Assembly: GCA_001662655.1 (NCBI GenBank)
Contig: KV460223.1
Direction: 5' to 3' (one strand)
Length of the DNA stretch: 64,000 bases
Source: Pseudogymnoascus verrucosus
Lineage: Eukaryota
The notes under the pieces: model-generated
The model's input: the letters and a program-made list of their open reading frames with translations, nothing else
What the model was told of the DNA's origin: nothing
Databases searched by the model: none
Shown: piece after piece, positions 50,290 through 62,257 of the stretch
Layout of the letters: each line of letters starts with the position of its first letter
How positions within the stretch are numbered: the stretch's first letter is position 1
Program-made: the position numbers and the translations under genes

Positions 50290-51740
50290 AGAGTTTTTGA
50301 GGCATCATAGAGCAGGTTATACTCTCTAGGGTAGAGTTAGGAACTATTTCGTAAGAAGAGGAGTGCTAAGGGCGTTTGTTAATAAACATATAAGTAGATA
50401 AATTATCCTTTATATAAATATGAAAGAAAATGGGCATTGTTAGGTTGACGGGCACGAATAACCAGCTCTGTAGCGTTAGGTCACTTTAATAAGGACGTGA
50501 ACTAATATAGATCTTCATAGGGGGAAGTTAGATTAAAACTATGAACAATGACGCTAGATACTCCTGCCTCCTCTCTATCTAACTAATCCTTCTATCTACC
50601 TAATTAAGAGAAGCAGCCATAACACTCCTAAATGATTCTATCTATAGTTATTTATAGTACTAATAGATAGTTCTATGAAATTTCTCTACGTGGCTTTAAA
50701 AATGCATCTAATGCTTAAGCTAGATGTTATAGATTTATCACTTTATAGGCTCGTTAACTCTAAATCTTCTAACATGCTTTCTTATAAAGTGCCTCATTAG
50801 GTAGCTAGGACTTATAAATAAGGTAACCCTCTTCTAAATCGTTAGGTTTAGGTTTCTAAGATATATAAAGCATATAGTTAGCCTCCTATCTATTATAACT
50901 AACAATATTACATATCTAAGCATAATATCTACTTTAGACTATAGTAATTTTTCATCTTTAACTATAGAGACTAGTAGAACTAGCTAACTAGTATAACTAT
51001 AATAGATAGTTACCCCTTCCTTAACACTATAGTATGCTATTATAGCATTAATAGCTATAATCCTACATTAACATTCTTTTTCTAGTAACGTCTTAGGTAA
51101 TATAAAAACTATGTTAATTAGAAATAGTTATTTAGGTGTTATATAATCTAATTGCTCTAGTACACCCTAGACGTCCTTATTAACTACCTTACTAGATAGC
51201 TACTACTTACTATTAATAACAGGCTACTCTTTCTTATATTAATTAATAATGTTAAGTAGTAGTAACTACTACTATCTTACTCTCTTACTTATAAGGCGTT
51301 TTTTAACCTTCTAATAGTACTCTTCCCTCTAGCTACCTTCTAGAGACCTTAATAGGTAGGCTATAATCTTAGATAATTTTATAATATATAGAAGGTTATT
51401 AACTAATGCTAATTATGTAGAAGTTAGCTTCTAGGGGCACTAGGGGTTAATTAACTAGCTTATTAAACATATAAACCTCATTAAAGCCTTTTATAGTAAG
51501 TCTATAATATATATTTTAGACATCTACATTAATATTCTAATTAAGGTAGTATTTAAGGAAGGTATTAATACTTATATACTATAAGATTAAGTTTTAAACG
51601 GAGTTACTAACATTAGCTATACTAAAGAGACTATATTAGTTAAGGATAGTAGGATCTTAGAAAAACACTTATAACTCTCATTTAGGGCCTTAGTAGGAAG
51701 GCTTCGACCGTATAATCTCATATGAGCCTAGGCGTCATTA
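50290..51740. mobile_element. AT-rich, RIP-degraded relic (probably a former repeat or transposon; family unassignable)
   Basis: Abrupt shift to very AT-rich sequence with abundant TpA, scarce CpA/TpG and no ORF of 60 aa or more. Confidence 0.6.
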
Positions 51741-52133
51741 AACCCCCTATGTGAGGTAAGCATCTAGTTGGCTGGGTATCAAATGGCACACCATCACATT
51801 AGCTGCAAGGGCGACGTTGAGTGATTAAGTTGGGTAGGATGAGGAAGGAGGCGTTCTTTAGTCAATTTATAAAAGCTCAGCTACGATAGTTGTATGGCAG
51901 ATTTCAAACAGGACGTGGCATTTTCATACGGAAAATAGTTTGGAAGACGTCTTCTTCTGTTTAGAAAACTCTACTTCTAGGTCGTAGTAGGTAAACCTAG
52001 CCCTTTTAGTATTTAAAACTTGAGAAAACTAAAGAATGGAACCCTGTAGCTTTCTACCAGCAACGATCAATTTGCTGTTCTCAGCCCTAAAGGTAAACTA
52101 CCCACTAGAATACATAGGCAGAATGTATATACT

Positions 52134-53773
52134 TTAAGATAGATTGTCCGGCTCGTCAAGATACCAGGTACAATCACTGCCGTCCAACTCCCTAGCCGAT
52201 ATTCCATTCCCTAGATAGCGAAACCGATTTCCCCGGTTTGAAGCCTGGTATGTGAAGACCCAGTCCTCGCCCCTAAAGTCCCTCAGCATGTCGAAAAAGT
52301 GAATCCGGCTTCCAGGATGCAGGGCTACCACCGGGGCATCCTTTTTACCCTGCTTGAACCAGCTTCGGCAATTACCCGACCAGGTTATCCGCGGCATAAA
52401 CTCCTGGATATGTTCGAAGTAATCGTTAGCCGCCGACTCTGACGGAGCTATGGATTTGATACCCTGCGTCTGACATTTGATAATAATGCCTGCGATATAC
52501 TTGGCAATATGCTCGGTGATAGTGAAGTAGCTGCCATGGCCAATGGGAGCGTTAGGGCCGAGAAAGATGAAGTAGTTTGGCATGCTAGTCACAGCACATG
52601 ACATGTATGCTTTGGGAACCTCACGAAACCAGGTATCTTGCAAGTTACCATTACGGCCGATGATGGGAAAGCGGGGTCGAAATGAGACGTCAAATCCGGT
52701 GGCGCAGATGATGGCATCAACTTTGAGTAGTTTACCAGTCGAGGTCACGATGCCGTTCGGGACGACCCTCTTGATGGTGTCGGTAACAATGTCAAATTTA
52801 GGGTCTTGAAGGGCTTCGAGGTAGCCCACGCCTGGAGTAAGACGACGGCAGCCGAGGGGAAAGTCTGGGATAAAGGCTTTGCAGAGGACCTCATCATTGT
52901 TGAGCATGTTTCGCATGTACTCCTCGATTCTCCCTCTAGTCACAGCCTGAGAATTGCTGTCCTTTATCATCTGTGCACGGGTCAGCAATTAATCAAGATT
53001 GAATCTTGACAAGGCCTACAAATTTAGAGAAATTCTGGTTAGTTTCAAGCTCGATAGCCTTTACAAACTTTGAATAATCCTCTGGTGATTCCTTGAACTT
53101 TTTGATTTGGGTCGCAGTGAAGTTGCCATTTTCGTCTATGTCAATCTTGCTCAAAATTGAGGCAGCATTTGAATGAGACAAGTTTACAAGCCCCGGAGGC
53201 GCAATCCATGACGGTGATCGCACAACATGCACCATGTGTTTGACATCTACAATGTATGAGGCTAGAGGCACTAGTAATAGGTCTGAAGTCAAGTCTCACC
53301 TGGTAGTATAGCTGGCACAATTTGCACCCCAGTAGCGCCATTGCCGATCACTGCCACTGTGAGGCCATCATAGTTGAAGTCCTTCGGCCAGTTGGCGCTA
53401 TGGATGAGTGGGCCGCTGAAGTCGTGCAAGCCGGGAATGTCTGGCCATGTCCAGTTGCTATTGTAATCGATGTAAATACGAACTCTCCGTGTGCATTTAT
53501 TTATAACATAACTTACTTTAGAATCCCCATTCCGTCAAGTAGAAAGTGGCAGTAATCATGGAACTGCTTCCCAGACTTTTCATCAACAATCCGAAGTGAC
53601 CACACACCCTCACTATCGTTCCATTCCGCGTGGTCAACCCGATGACTAGTCTTGATTGCATCGTACAGCTTCTCCTTCCCACAGCATTGGTGAAGGTAAT
53701 CTTGGATTTCGGTAGCACTCGAGTAGAACTCTTTCCACTCTGGATTTGACAACCACGAGAACTGATAATTCAC
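52134..53773 (-). pseudogene. Baeyer-Villiger/flavin monooxygenase lacking its N-terminus
   Basis: Starts at VNYQFSW. Motifs FSGPLIHSANWP (BVMO fingerprint), VIGNGATGVQ, CRRLTPG and ICATGF over 4 exons. There is no first GxGxxG/GGTW segment and no in-frame ATG. Confidence 0.8.
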
Positions 53774-53803
53774 ATAGTACCCAATCTCAGATCACTCCCA
53801 ACT

Positions 53804-54849
53804 CTAAGAAAACACCATTCCCCCATCCACGATTAAGCTCTGACCTGTGATCTGGTCCGAGTCCTTACCTGCTAGGAAACTAACTAAGCCAGAAATGTCT
53901 TCAGGAGTCTGCCCCATCGTCAGTTAATGTTGTCCACATAGCTAGGTCCGTTGACACACCTGAGCCCGCTTGGATGCAATACGGCTTTCTACAGCCTTCT
54001 CAAATGCCATTCCCTTAGGGATCCCCATTTTAGTAGAGAGGTTGCTGTCGATTGTTTCCCACATGTCGGTACGGACCATTCCTGGGCAGTATGCATTAAC
54101 GGTAATTCCGTGCTGCGCTAGGTCCATTGCAGAAACCTGCGTGAGCCCACGAATAGCCCACTTGCTAACTGAATATGCGGGGGTCTGTGGAGACTGAATG
54201 ATTGTCAGCTTATTTCTAGAAATCCTCCAAGTAAGATCGTTTTACCGGTCGATAGCCTGAAATGGAGCATGCGCCAATTATCTTTCCACCGCGTCCCTGC
54301 TTAATCATTTCTAGTCCTGCATGCTTGTAACACAAGAATACCCCTCGAACATTGATCTTGTTTTCTATTAAGACCATCACCTAAGAGAAAATTATAGCAG
54401 GAGGGCTTGCTGCTTGAATTCTATCCCATTCACTTGCACTGGTCTCAAGGAGTGGTTTGACGAGAATGATCCCGGCATTGGCAATCATCACCTTCAACAT
54501 AGCTCCTAGTCAGTTATACGTCTAGAATTGGCTGTTCAATGGTCACTCACATCAAGCCCACCGAGCATCTGGACTGTATTTTGCATCATTTTTGCAACCT
54601 CGTCTTCGCTGCTGACATCAGCAGGGAGGATAATACATCTTTTGCCTACGATTTACTTTAGCCCAGATCTGTTTCGACGACGAGGGTTATACCTTTCAGC
54701 TCAATCTCATGTTGCAGCTCTTTGAGCCTAGCATCTTGGCTGGCCAAATCATTGATAGCCGCCTGAAAACCATCTTCTGCGAGGCGCAACGCGATGGCAC
54801 GGCCAATGCCGTTGGCTGATCCTGTGACTAGGGCTGTGCGAATGGACAT
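53804..54849 (-). CDS. Short-chain dehydrogenase, acetoin/diacetyl reductase (butanediol dehydrogenase)-like
   Basis: Motifs [37 protein letters not shown] and [11 protein letters not shown]. Multi-exon, frame apparently intact. Confidence 0.88.
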
Positions 54850-55164
54850 TATAATATGCTTATATTATAACAATTTCTTATGCCCAATTCGAAGTGCGAG
54901 GTTCGCTTTATATCCTAAGCAGCAAGTATCAGGCCCGAGTTCTAGTGACGCCTGATACTCAATCTCGGCTTAGGAAAGCCGACTGCCAAATCCCATTTGA
55001 GATATTGGCATATAAATTATATGTAGCAACTCATTTGTCGGATAATCACTCGTTTGTAACACTTTCTTCTTTATTACATTAGGATTCAAGAAATCGCCAA
55101 AGTCTCAACCCAATCTCTAGACTGTAGAGAATTAATTCCTACGCAAGCATTCAAAGCAGCAACC

Positions 55165-56226
55165 ATGCCGTTGTCAAACTTTTCTGTCCCAGATTCTACC
55201 TCAGTTGTCAATGTCCGCATCATTGACTCCACGTCCTCCATTGATGTCCATATGGAGGGCATGGTATCCCATGCTATAAAGGGCCACTCTCGATTTGAGT
55301 GCCCAGCTTACTCGTTCCTCATTGAACACCCATCTTCTGGCCGTAAAGTACTCTTCGACCTAGGTGTACGAAAGGACTTTCACAACCTCGCCCCGCCCAT
55401 TACAAACTGGCTCACTGAAAGCGGAACTATATGCAGCGTCGAAAAAGATGTTAGAACCATCCTTGAGGAAGGTGGGATCGAGGCGGGTGAGATCGAGGGC
55501 ATTATTTGGAGCCACTGGCATTGGGATCACACCGGCGACCCCAACAGGTTTCTACGAGCACGGCGCTTCTGGTAGGACCGGGCTTCAAGCAGCTGTTCAC
55601 GCCTGGCTACCCAACAAATCCGGAATCCCCCGTCCTAGACTCCGACTTCGCTGGCCGCGAACTCCGCGAACTGAGCTTTGCGGATTCCACCGTCAAAGTC
55701 GGACGCTTCCCTGCAATTACATTATGGATGCGCCAGGCCACACAGTCGGTCATCTCAATGCTCTGGCAAGAGTGACATCCAACCCTGATAGTTTCATCCT
55801 CATGGGTGCAGACACTTGCCACCACAGCGCCGAAATGCGGCCCTCCAAGTATAACCCATTGCCTGATGCGATATCACCGCATCCGTTCCATTCTGAGAGT
55901 GCGGTGCCGTGTCCCGGGGCGTTGTTCAAGCCGATCCTACGCGACGAAAAAACGACAGAGAGCCCTTCTACGGCATAGTACGGCCTGGGATGCTGTTTGG
56001 TGACGCAGACGCCGCCGAAGAGACAGTAGACAAGATCATCGAAGCCGACGGCAGCAAGAACACTTTTGTCGTCATTGCACATGATTGCCATCTGAAAGGT
56101 GTAGTTGACTTATTTCCGAAGTATGCAAATGATTTCTTGAAGAAGGGTTGGGTTGAGAAGAGCAGATGGGTGTTTTTGAAGGATTTCAAGGAAGCGGTTG
56201 ATGAGAGAACGGATGAGAAGCTTTAG
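55165..56226 (+). pseudogene. Metallo-beta-lactamase-fold hydrolase (AHL-lactonase/MBL1-like), frameshifted
   Basis: Motifs LFDLG.RKD, SHWHWDHTG, APGHTVGH, GADTCHH and IAHD are split by three frameshifts near 55551, 55716 and 55950. Confidence 0.85.
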
Positions 56227-56666
56227 AGGCAACAGTACTTTAAAGTGCGTGTACTAGTTAATAGGGATCTGTTATATCTTTCGCGTCTCTTCATCATATG
56301 TGTAACGTCAGTTTTTGGCCTCACAGAGGATTCACGCCGCAACCAATATGCCAGAGACTCAGAGATAGAGTGATAACCCCTGTCAATTTAGATCACATTA
56401 TTGTTCCTTATCCAAAGCAGCTCCTTTATAGAAACTATGAGAAAAATATAGACGCTCAACTACTCAGGGCCTCAACTAAATAGCCACAGACCCAAAAACA
56501 GCGCCACCAGAAAGGTGGATCCTATCTGCTTAAATCACTCGCATCATCACTCAGGTCATGCAGTCTATTTCAGACTTTTAGGGGTCACGAGTAACACAAA
56601 ATAACAAGCATAGTTAAACTCAAGAGGGTACACAGAGTAGTTCATGATTAACATACTACGCTAAAC

Positions 56667-58938
56667 CTAATTCCTGGCAGCAAACCCACTGACAAGGCCC
56701 GTCGCCTCGTCCCTCTCCACACCGACAGAGCTGTAGACTCCGTCCAACACAGGCAACGCCTGGAGCCCCTCCAAAACCTTGGCATAGTCCCCAAAGAATT
56801 CATGAGCCCGTATGTCGTCATTGCCATCTTCAGCAGCGCCAGTGATACCATGTCCAAGCGTCACAGCAAGCATCCCACCGACTTCGACTGCGTGTGCCTC
56901 GGCGTCCCCATCCTGCTCCAGGAGAAGCGAGTAGATAGTTCCGGTGTACTGTGTTGTCGAATCCGAATTATGGCCTGGGAACACCCATTTCTTGTCCAGA
57001 AAAACCGGGTGCCAGGCCGTAATGACTAGGTCGCCAATTTTACACATCGCCTCATCCTCGACAGCCGTCCCCAAGATGCCCACGAGCTTGCGCGTGCCCT
57101 TCGGTGTCCAGAGTGTCATATCATTCTTCAGAGCCTTGACTTCGACCTTCGTGCCGTCCGCGAGGGCAACTTTGCACTCGGCCGCGAAACAGGGGTTGCT
57201 TCTCATGTTGTAGGATCTCATATTCATCGTCCTATTCATCGAGCGTCCCGTCGAATCCCTCACCGTTACGACCGGTGTGGGCGATGGCAGCGTGTCGAAC
57301 AGAAGACTGAGCTCCTTGGTCGCCTCCAGGAACAGCGGAGAGTCCTTGCCGTAGCTCTGTGGGCCGGGATCCTTGAAGGAGTTGCGCACCTGCTTGAAAT
57401 GCGCATTATACATCGACAGCAAGTAGTGGAAGCCCCAGCCGCCGAAATAGCTCGTTGCGAGAGCGAGCATCATCTGTCCCTCGAGGTCCTCCAGGAGCCC
57501 GATGTTGGCATCGTCATCGAGGACCATGGCGCGGATGGCGACGATTAGATTCTGTAGCTCGCAGCGCTTCTGTTCAACGTCGCGCAAGTTGGCTTTGGTG
57601 CGCTCGTGGGTCTTGGAAATTGGTGCGAGAGAGCTGACGAATTCGCATACCGTGGCGCGGTTACGGTGGAAGTCGATTACCTCGGGTTGCATATTTGGGC
57701 TGTCCGAAACACTACAGGATACGAGGCAGTTGCCAGAAGTCTTATTTAGGGGTCTGCATTGAAGCTCGGCCTTGATAAGGGGCTTCTCGTCTTTCTGCTC
57801 GAATGGTTCATACTTGAGAAAGATGTCGCGGGATTGTCCATATTGTAAGCCCCCAAGTGGTATGAGTAACTTGTCCTTGGGTGACTGGGCTTGGTCCTTC
57901 GGGATTTCCTTTCTGATGTAGTCACCCATGGTCTCGGCCAGTTGAAGCCCTTGAGAAGCCTCAATTGTCAAGGTTGCCGACATTGCAAATGTCGATTGGA
58001 GATTGGCAATCGCATGAATAAACACAGTGGCCTATAGCCTGTCAGAGACGTCATAAAAGGAGGTTGGGAGACTTACAAGCATGCTTGGATCGGAAATGTA
58101 TGCAAAGTTGCCGCTCCCAACTTCTGCAATCGATTGGAGAAGGGAGGAGCCAATCTGGCTGCCGAAGCCAAATGTATGGATTGGCGCTGGGAGATCATAC
58201 ATACGGAGCTGTGTCACATATCCCTGCGGCGGACAGCTGATTGAATTAGCTGGGTTCATGTATATGTTGATCTGGAGCCTTACCCGACGTTCGGTGCACC
58301 ATCCGTCAGCAGCATAAGCGCAGGCACACTCCCTGGCCGCGGTTCGTCGTCAAACAGACTTCTTCCCTGAAGAATACCCTGCCAGATATTCGTCAAACCA
58401 TCGGCATGGATATTTTTTATGTTGTTCCAGGCTGCAGTCTTGTTCGATTTTGTCATGGGCTTCAGGCGCTGGACAATCTTGATTTCGTCAGAGAACGTGA
58501 CTATCCCAAGGCGGTCGTTGTCATCCAAGGTCTCGACAATAGCCCTCGCGGCGTGCTTGGTCAGGTCCAGAACTGTAAGACCATTCACCTCGATCTCTCC
58601 CGCGGCTGTTTCTGGCGATGGTGCCTTCGTGGCCATGGAGCCCGAAACGTCAATGACCAGCACAACGTCACATGGCGTCCGGCTCTTCCCCTTCGGAGGA
58701 TGAACAGAAACGATCACTCCCTCCATCTCTGGAAGGGGATGTAGAGTCAGAGAAACGCTATCGTCCGCTTCATCTTCAAGGGGGTCCGGCTTTTCGCGCT
58801 CCCTGAATGGAAGTGTGGTTTGTTCGCCATCATCGCACAGTGTCTTCTCGTCGGCGTCAGGGTCGGCTTTGCGGAAAAGGCCTCTCTGTGGGATGAGTTA
58901 GTCATTTGTCTCTGTATTATAGATTAATTATTTACCAT
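56667..58938 (-). CDS. VWA + Vwaint + Hint (Vint) domain protein
   Basis: Exons 58938-58936 (ATG only), 58885-58284, 58236-58077 and 58031-56667. VWA MIDAS motifs DVSGSM, T and LLTDG; NSFKDPG (Vwaint); Hint begins NP|CFAAEC at 57191 with ITAWHP and ends VTLGHG..HEFFG. Confidence 0.9.
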
Positions 58939-61024
58939 GGTTGCGAGTGTTGAAATGTGAGAAGTTGGAAACGGATATATCAAAAAGTAGGCAGACAGTT
59001 CGTATTAATATTTAGATTTTAATACAAAGATCTCAAGTTTCACTTAAAATTAAGACAAGATGAAAGAAAACATATATAGTCAAAGAAAGTTAATACGATA
59101 CTTCAGAATGAGTAAGAACATACGACCCGTTGTTGCGTTCAAAAGGCAGCCTCCAAGGCAGCACCTTCACCGGATGACTGCGCCACGGATGGGGAAAGGC
59201 TTGTGCGCATCTCTCACGAACTCACCAACGAGCTGATGATTATTACGCCACGTACCGTATTACCCTCCTCCGTTCTCCGGTACAGGCTGACTTTGAAGTC
59301 TAAGCCATCGGAACTCACACCTACAACAATGGCTTGACAGCTCTCTGTCGAATAGCTTCGTGGTGTGCATAAGCGGGGTGAGTTGGCGAGATCTTTGGCA
59401 AATAGCTTGGTGGGAGGTAAGCTTACGACCACGTGACAAACACACATTTAATTGTGCTACATTGCTCACATAACTCAAAGAGGTTAGAGTAGATTCAAAC
59501 AGGTTGCATTAGACCTTGCATAAATCGCGGAGTCTAAAGTGGCCGTCCTAGTCACCTGACTTCGCTGTATCGGCGTCATTGGCGGTTAGTTTAGAAGGGG
59601 AGGCGATGATGGAATCTTCGGCCCTAATGACCACATCCCTACTCCGTATGTAGGCGACGCGGCACAACATAAGCCATGTCGAAGGGCGTTAGAGGCTCTC
59701 TAGGATCAGAGACGAGGAGGCGAAGGGGAGGGAGCGGGATATCGCGGGGTTTGGTGAGTCGGCGGTGTAATAGCTGAGTCATCTCCGCCGCAACCGAGCC
59801 CTGAGTGAGAATTTCGAGGGGGCGCATTGATGACATACATACGCTTAGAAATCCAGCCATACTATATACTAGAGACTGCGGGCAATTAGTAAATAGTCAG
59901 AAAACTGTCGTCCCACGGTGATACATACAACATATTACTACGGCATATGAAGAGTACCGCACAGGCACGCACTGTAGAGTACTCTATCCTATCGCGGAAC
60001 TCGGTGTTTATCGTGGTACGTATTTGCCCCTCCATCCATCGCTTCAGCGCTAGTATCAATCACATCATCAGAACTTTAACTTATCACATGGAATCCCTGG
60101 AATTTTACTTAGAACAGTAAGATTTACTAGTCAACCTGCTTGTTTCTTTTGCCAATTGCTAACCTGAATTGTTATTCTATTTATCTAATTATATATTGCA
60201 CGGAGAGCATAGACGCCGAGCCCCCGGCTGGTGTGGGTGTATTGTATTGTACGTGTGTGTACTCCACGGGAGCGCAGATAGCCGATTAGAGTAACTGCAA
60301 ATCGTCTGGAACGCCCTTTCCACCTTTTTCCAACTTCTTACTTTGGGTCGCAAACCCCGTTAGCTCTCCTCTAACTGTCCCCGCCAAACTAGAATATGAC
60401 TAGCTGCTGTCGATTTTGATGTACGGCAGTACTGGACTCCTAAGACCCTTGCTCTGTCTTTCCGCCCCTCATACTTAATTAACGTGGCGTGGCTCTTGAC
60501 ACCCTCAAAACTCCACTCGCTTCCTATTGCCCTCTGATAGCCTCGCCAGCCACTGTCAATCTCTAAACTCGATCTTGGATATCTACGCATACTCCCATAT
60601 ACATTCAGATCTACCCTGCTGCATTGGAGAGCCGCTCAGGATGACCTTCAGTTGGCCCGTTGCGCACGAATTTTCTTTGAGCTGAGACCCTCGGCGGAAT
60701 CCTTATCCCCGGTTTCACACGGTCTCCGCCGTTGACTTCAAGAGTGTGAGTCTACAGCATTTGTTAAATAGCGAGCGGAAGCCCCGAAATAAATGATACT
60801 GGAAGCTGACCAATATGCCTAGATAGCCTCGCCCATTGACATCTATTTAACCCCGAAATTACGTGGCGGATTCCTCTTGACATACACCTTGCGAATTCCC
60901 CGAGGGTTTCCGCGATACCTCGATATTCCACGACGTAGTCATAACGAAGATAGGCAGGAAGCCACCCTCGATCTCGGAGTTGACATTCACAACTCCGTCG
61001 AACTACACACATACATCTGTCGGA

Positions 61025-62257
61025 ATGGGTGTGGAACGCCCTCCAATCCAGAATAGTGAGGTCTATGTCCTCAATGGCCGGACACGGCCGGCGCCTCCCT
61101 CACCTCCCACGCCCTGCGAGACAAGGGCAATCTCCCCAGTACCAGATAAGCTCATGACCATCGCCCCTTCAGAGGTAACTGGCGCTTATCCGGTTCTCGA
61201 AGCACGCCTCGCCACCGCGGTGCATGTTCTAAAGACTGAGGCAAAGGCCTTGTCATATCTCGCGCGCCTATACCAAACAGACTCAATCGCAAGGCAGGGT
61301 TTCAATGAGACGGTGGAGCTGATACGGAGGGCCATGGAGATGAGAGGGAAGCTGGTAATCGTTGGAGTGGGCAAGAGCGGACATATCGCGAACAAGCTCG
61401 TGGCAACGATGAACAGTCTCTCCATACGCGCCACATTCCTCCACCCCACCGAAGCGCTTCACGGCGACCTCGGCCAAATAGACACCAACGACATCATCCT
61501 CTTCATCACCTTCTCCGGACGAACCCCCGAGCTCCTCTCCCTCGTACCCCACCTCAACCCCGAAAACGACCTAATCGTCCTCACCGCACACACCCACCCC
61601 TCAACCTGCCCGATAATCGACCGCCGCCCCTCGGCCATCCTCCTTCCCGCCCCCATCTCCGAATCCGAAACCACCTCCTTCGGCATCTCCGCCCCCACAA
61701 CCTCCACAACCATTGCTCTCGCCCTCGGCGACGCCCTCACCCTGGCCATCTCGCGCGAACTCCACGGCACCTCCGCAACCTCCGTCTTCGCCACCAACCA
61801 CCCTGGAGGAGCCATCGGTGCCTCCTCCCCTCCTCCTGCCGCTAAAACCAAACTCGCCGAAATCGCCGTGCCGCTCGCTGATATCCCATTCGTTGGCGGC
61901 GGCTGGGGCACCGCCCTCGCAACCCACGTCATCATCGCGGGATACCAGTCCCCGTCGGGGTGGGTGCGGTACTGCGAGAACAGTGTTGCACCGCCGCGGC
62001 GGATCAGGCGCCTCCAGCCGGAGGATATGGATAAGCTGGCTACGAAGGTGCGGGGGCTGGTGGTGACTACGCCGGAGTGGATCGTGGTGAGGGAGGATAT
62101 CTCGGTGAGGGAGGCGATTGCGTTTTTGGAGGCTGCGAAGATGGAGTCTGCGAGGGGAGAGGCGACGTATGATGATGATGCGGTGATTGCGACGGCCGTG
62201 GAGGGGAAGGTGACGGGCGTGGTGGAGATTGCCACGTTAATGTCTCAGAAGTCGTGA
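61025..62257 (+). CDS. SIS-domain sugar-phosphate isomerase (KpsF/GutQ-like)
   Basis: Motifs GVGKSGHIA.K, FLHPTEALHGDLG, FSGRTPEL, APTTSTT..LALGDAL and F..NHPGGAIG. Confidence 0.88.
   Translation: MGVERPPIQNSEVYVLNGRTRPAPPSPPTPCETRAISPVPDKLMTIAPSEVTGAYPVLEARLATAVHVLKTEAKALSYLARLYQTDSIARQGFNETVELIRRAMEMRGKLVIVGVGKSGHIANKLVATMNSLSIRATFLHPTEALHGDLGQIDTNDIILFITFSGRTPELLSLVPHLNPENDLIVLTAHTHPSTCPIIDRRPSAILLPAPISESETTSFGISAPTTSTTIALALGDALTLAISRELHGTSATSVFATNHPGGAIGASSPPPAAKTKLAEIAVPLADIPFVGGGWGTALATHVIIAGYQSPSGWVRYCENSVAPPRRIRRLQPEDMDKLATKVRGLVVTTPEWIVVREDISVREAIAFLEAAKMESARGEATYDDDAVIATAVEGKVTGVVEIATLMSQKS

Noticed and set aside
53773..53806. SDR-BVMO readthrough fusion
   Set aside because: The frames match, but a second in-frame stop (TGA) follows the SDR TAG, and the BVMO would still lack its FAD-binding N-terminus.
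56667..57191. Hint domain as a true intein
   Set aside because: No terminal His-Asn followed by Cys/Ser/Thr, no homing endonuclease and no interrupted host protein. It fits the Vint type.
59639..59860. 73-aa minus-strand ORF between the Vint and SIS genes
   Set aside because: No motif, signal peptide or splice support.
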